DNA from: Candidatus Nomurabacteria bacterium
GTDB lineage: Bacteria; Patescibacteriota; Minisyncoccia; Phycocordibacterales; UBA2100
Assembly: GCA_943359395.1 (NCBI GenBank)
Contig: CALRHH010000006.1
Location: 1-48,368 of the forward strand
Direction of reading: 5' to 3'
Length of the DNA: 48,368 nt
Positions 48,161 through 48,368 of the stretch are shown here, piece by piece. The translations under genes and the position numbers were made by a program. Position 1 is the stretch's first letter, and each line of letters starts with the position of its first letter. A model generated the notes under the pieces. The model had not been told where the DNA came from and made no database searches. It saw nothing but the letters and a program-made list of their open reading frames with translations.

Positions 48161-48253
48161 ATGAAATCTTGTATAATTTAGTATATAGAATATAATATAA
48201 AGTATGGAATCTTTATATTTAAATCATAGCGAATTTATGAGCAAATGTAAATA

Positions 48254-48368
48254 TGAAACGGCGAAGCAAAACCAAAAATTCCCTTTCCATTGCGGTGGAG
48301 GGGTGGGGGGAGGAGACGCGAGAAAAATGCAAGGAAATTTTTTGGTTTTTGCACACGCGAGTCCGCGA
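48254..48368 (-). repeat. Long inverted repeat, right copy (runs to window end)
   Basis: 115 bp matching the reverse complement of 43679-43804. Confidence 0.92.

Overview
This is a bacterial chromosomal segment read with genetic code 11, with most genes on the minus strand. The compact, fermentative gene set and the start-site style suggest a Patescibacteria/Parcubacteria (CPR)-type genome, which is an inference. Housekeeping and metabolic genes include uvrB (5' part), tyrS, msrA, lysS, an RND pair, a ZIP transporter, dgkA/PAP2, an ECF S component, an M29 aminopeptidase, purF, an ArgF-like carbamoyltransferase, hisG with a YerC/HisR repressor, eno-gpmA-zwf-gnd, obgE, tgt, a minimal pyk with glycerate kinase and a D-hydroxyacid dehydrogenase, ABC-F, mscL and a cyclophilin. 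The right end (about 42.9 kb onward) is an accessory region. There, an AT-richer 7-gene cassette is bracketed by inverted repeats of at least 115 bp and sits next to a highly structured non-coding tract. Highlights: (1) a candidate histidine attenuator in which the His-His tail of the YerC/HisR repressor itself acts as leader peptide for hisG; (2) the inverted-repeat-flanked cassette; (3) a structured 5' element repeated before tyrS and before a 20-aa basic peptide; (4) an 18-bp palindrome inserted in frame in an HD-domain gene; (5) pervasive leaderless-type starts, with boxA-like motifs on the few leadered genes. No rRNA, tRNA or CRISPR array was recognised. All family calls come from motif recognition without database searches.
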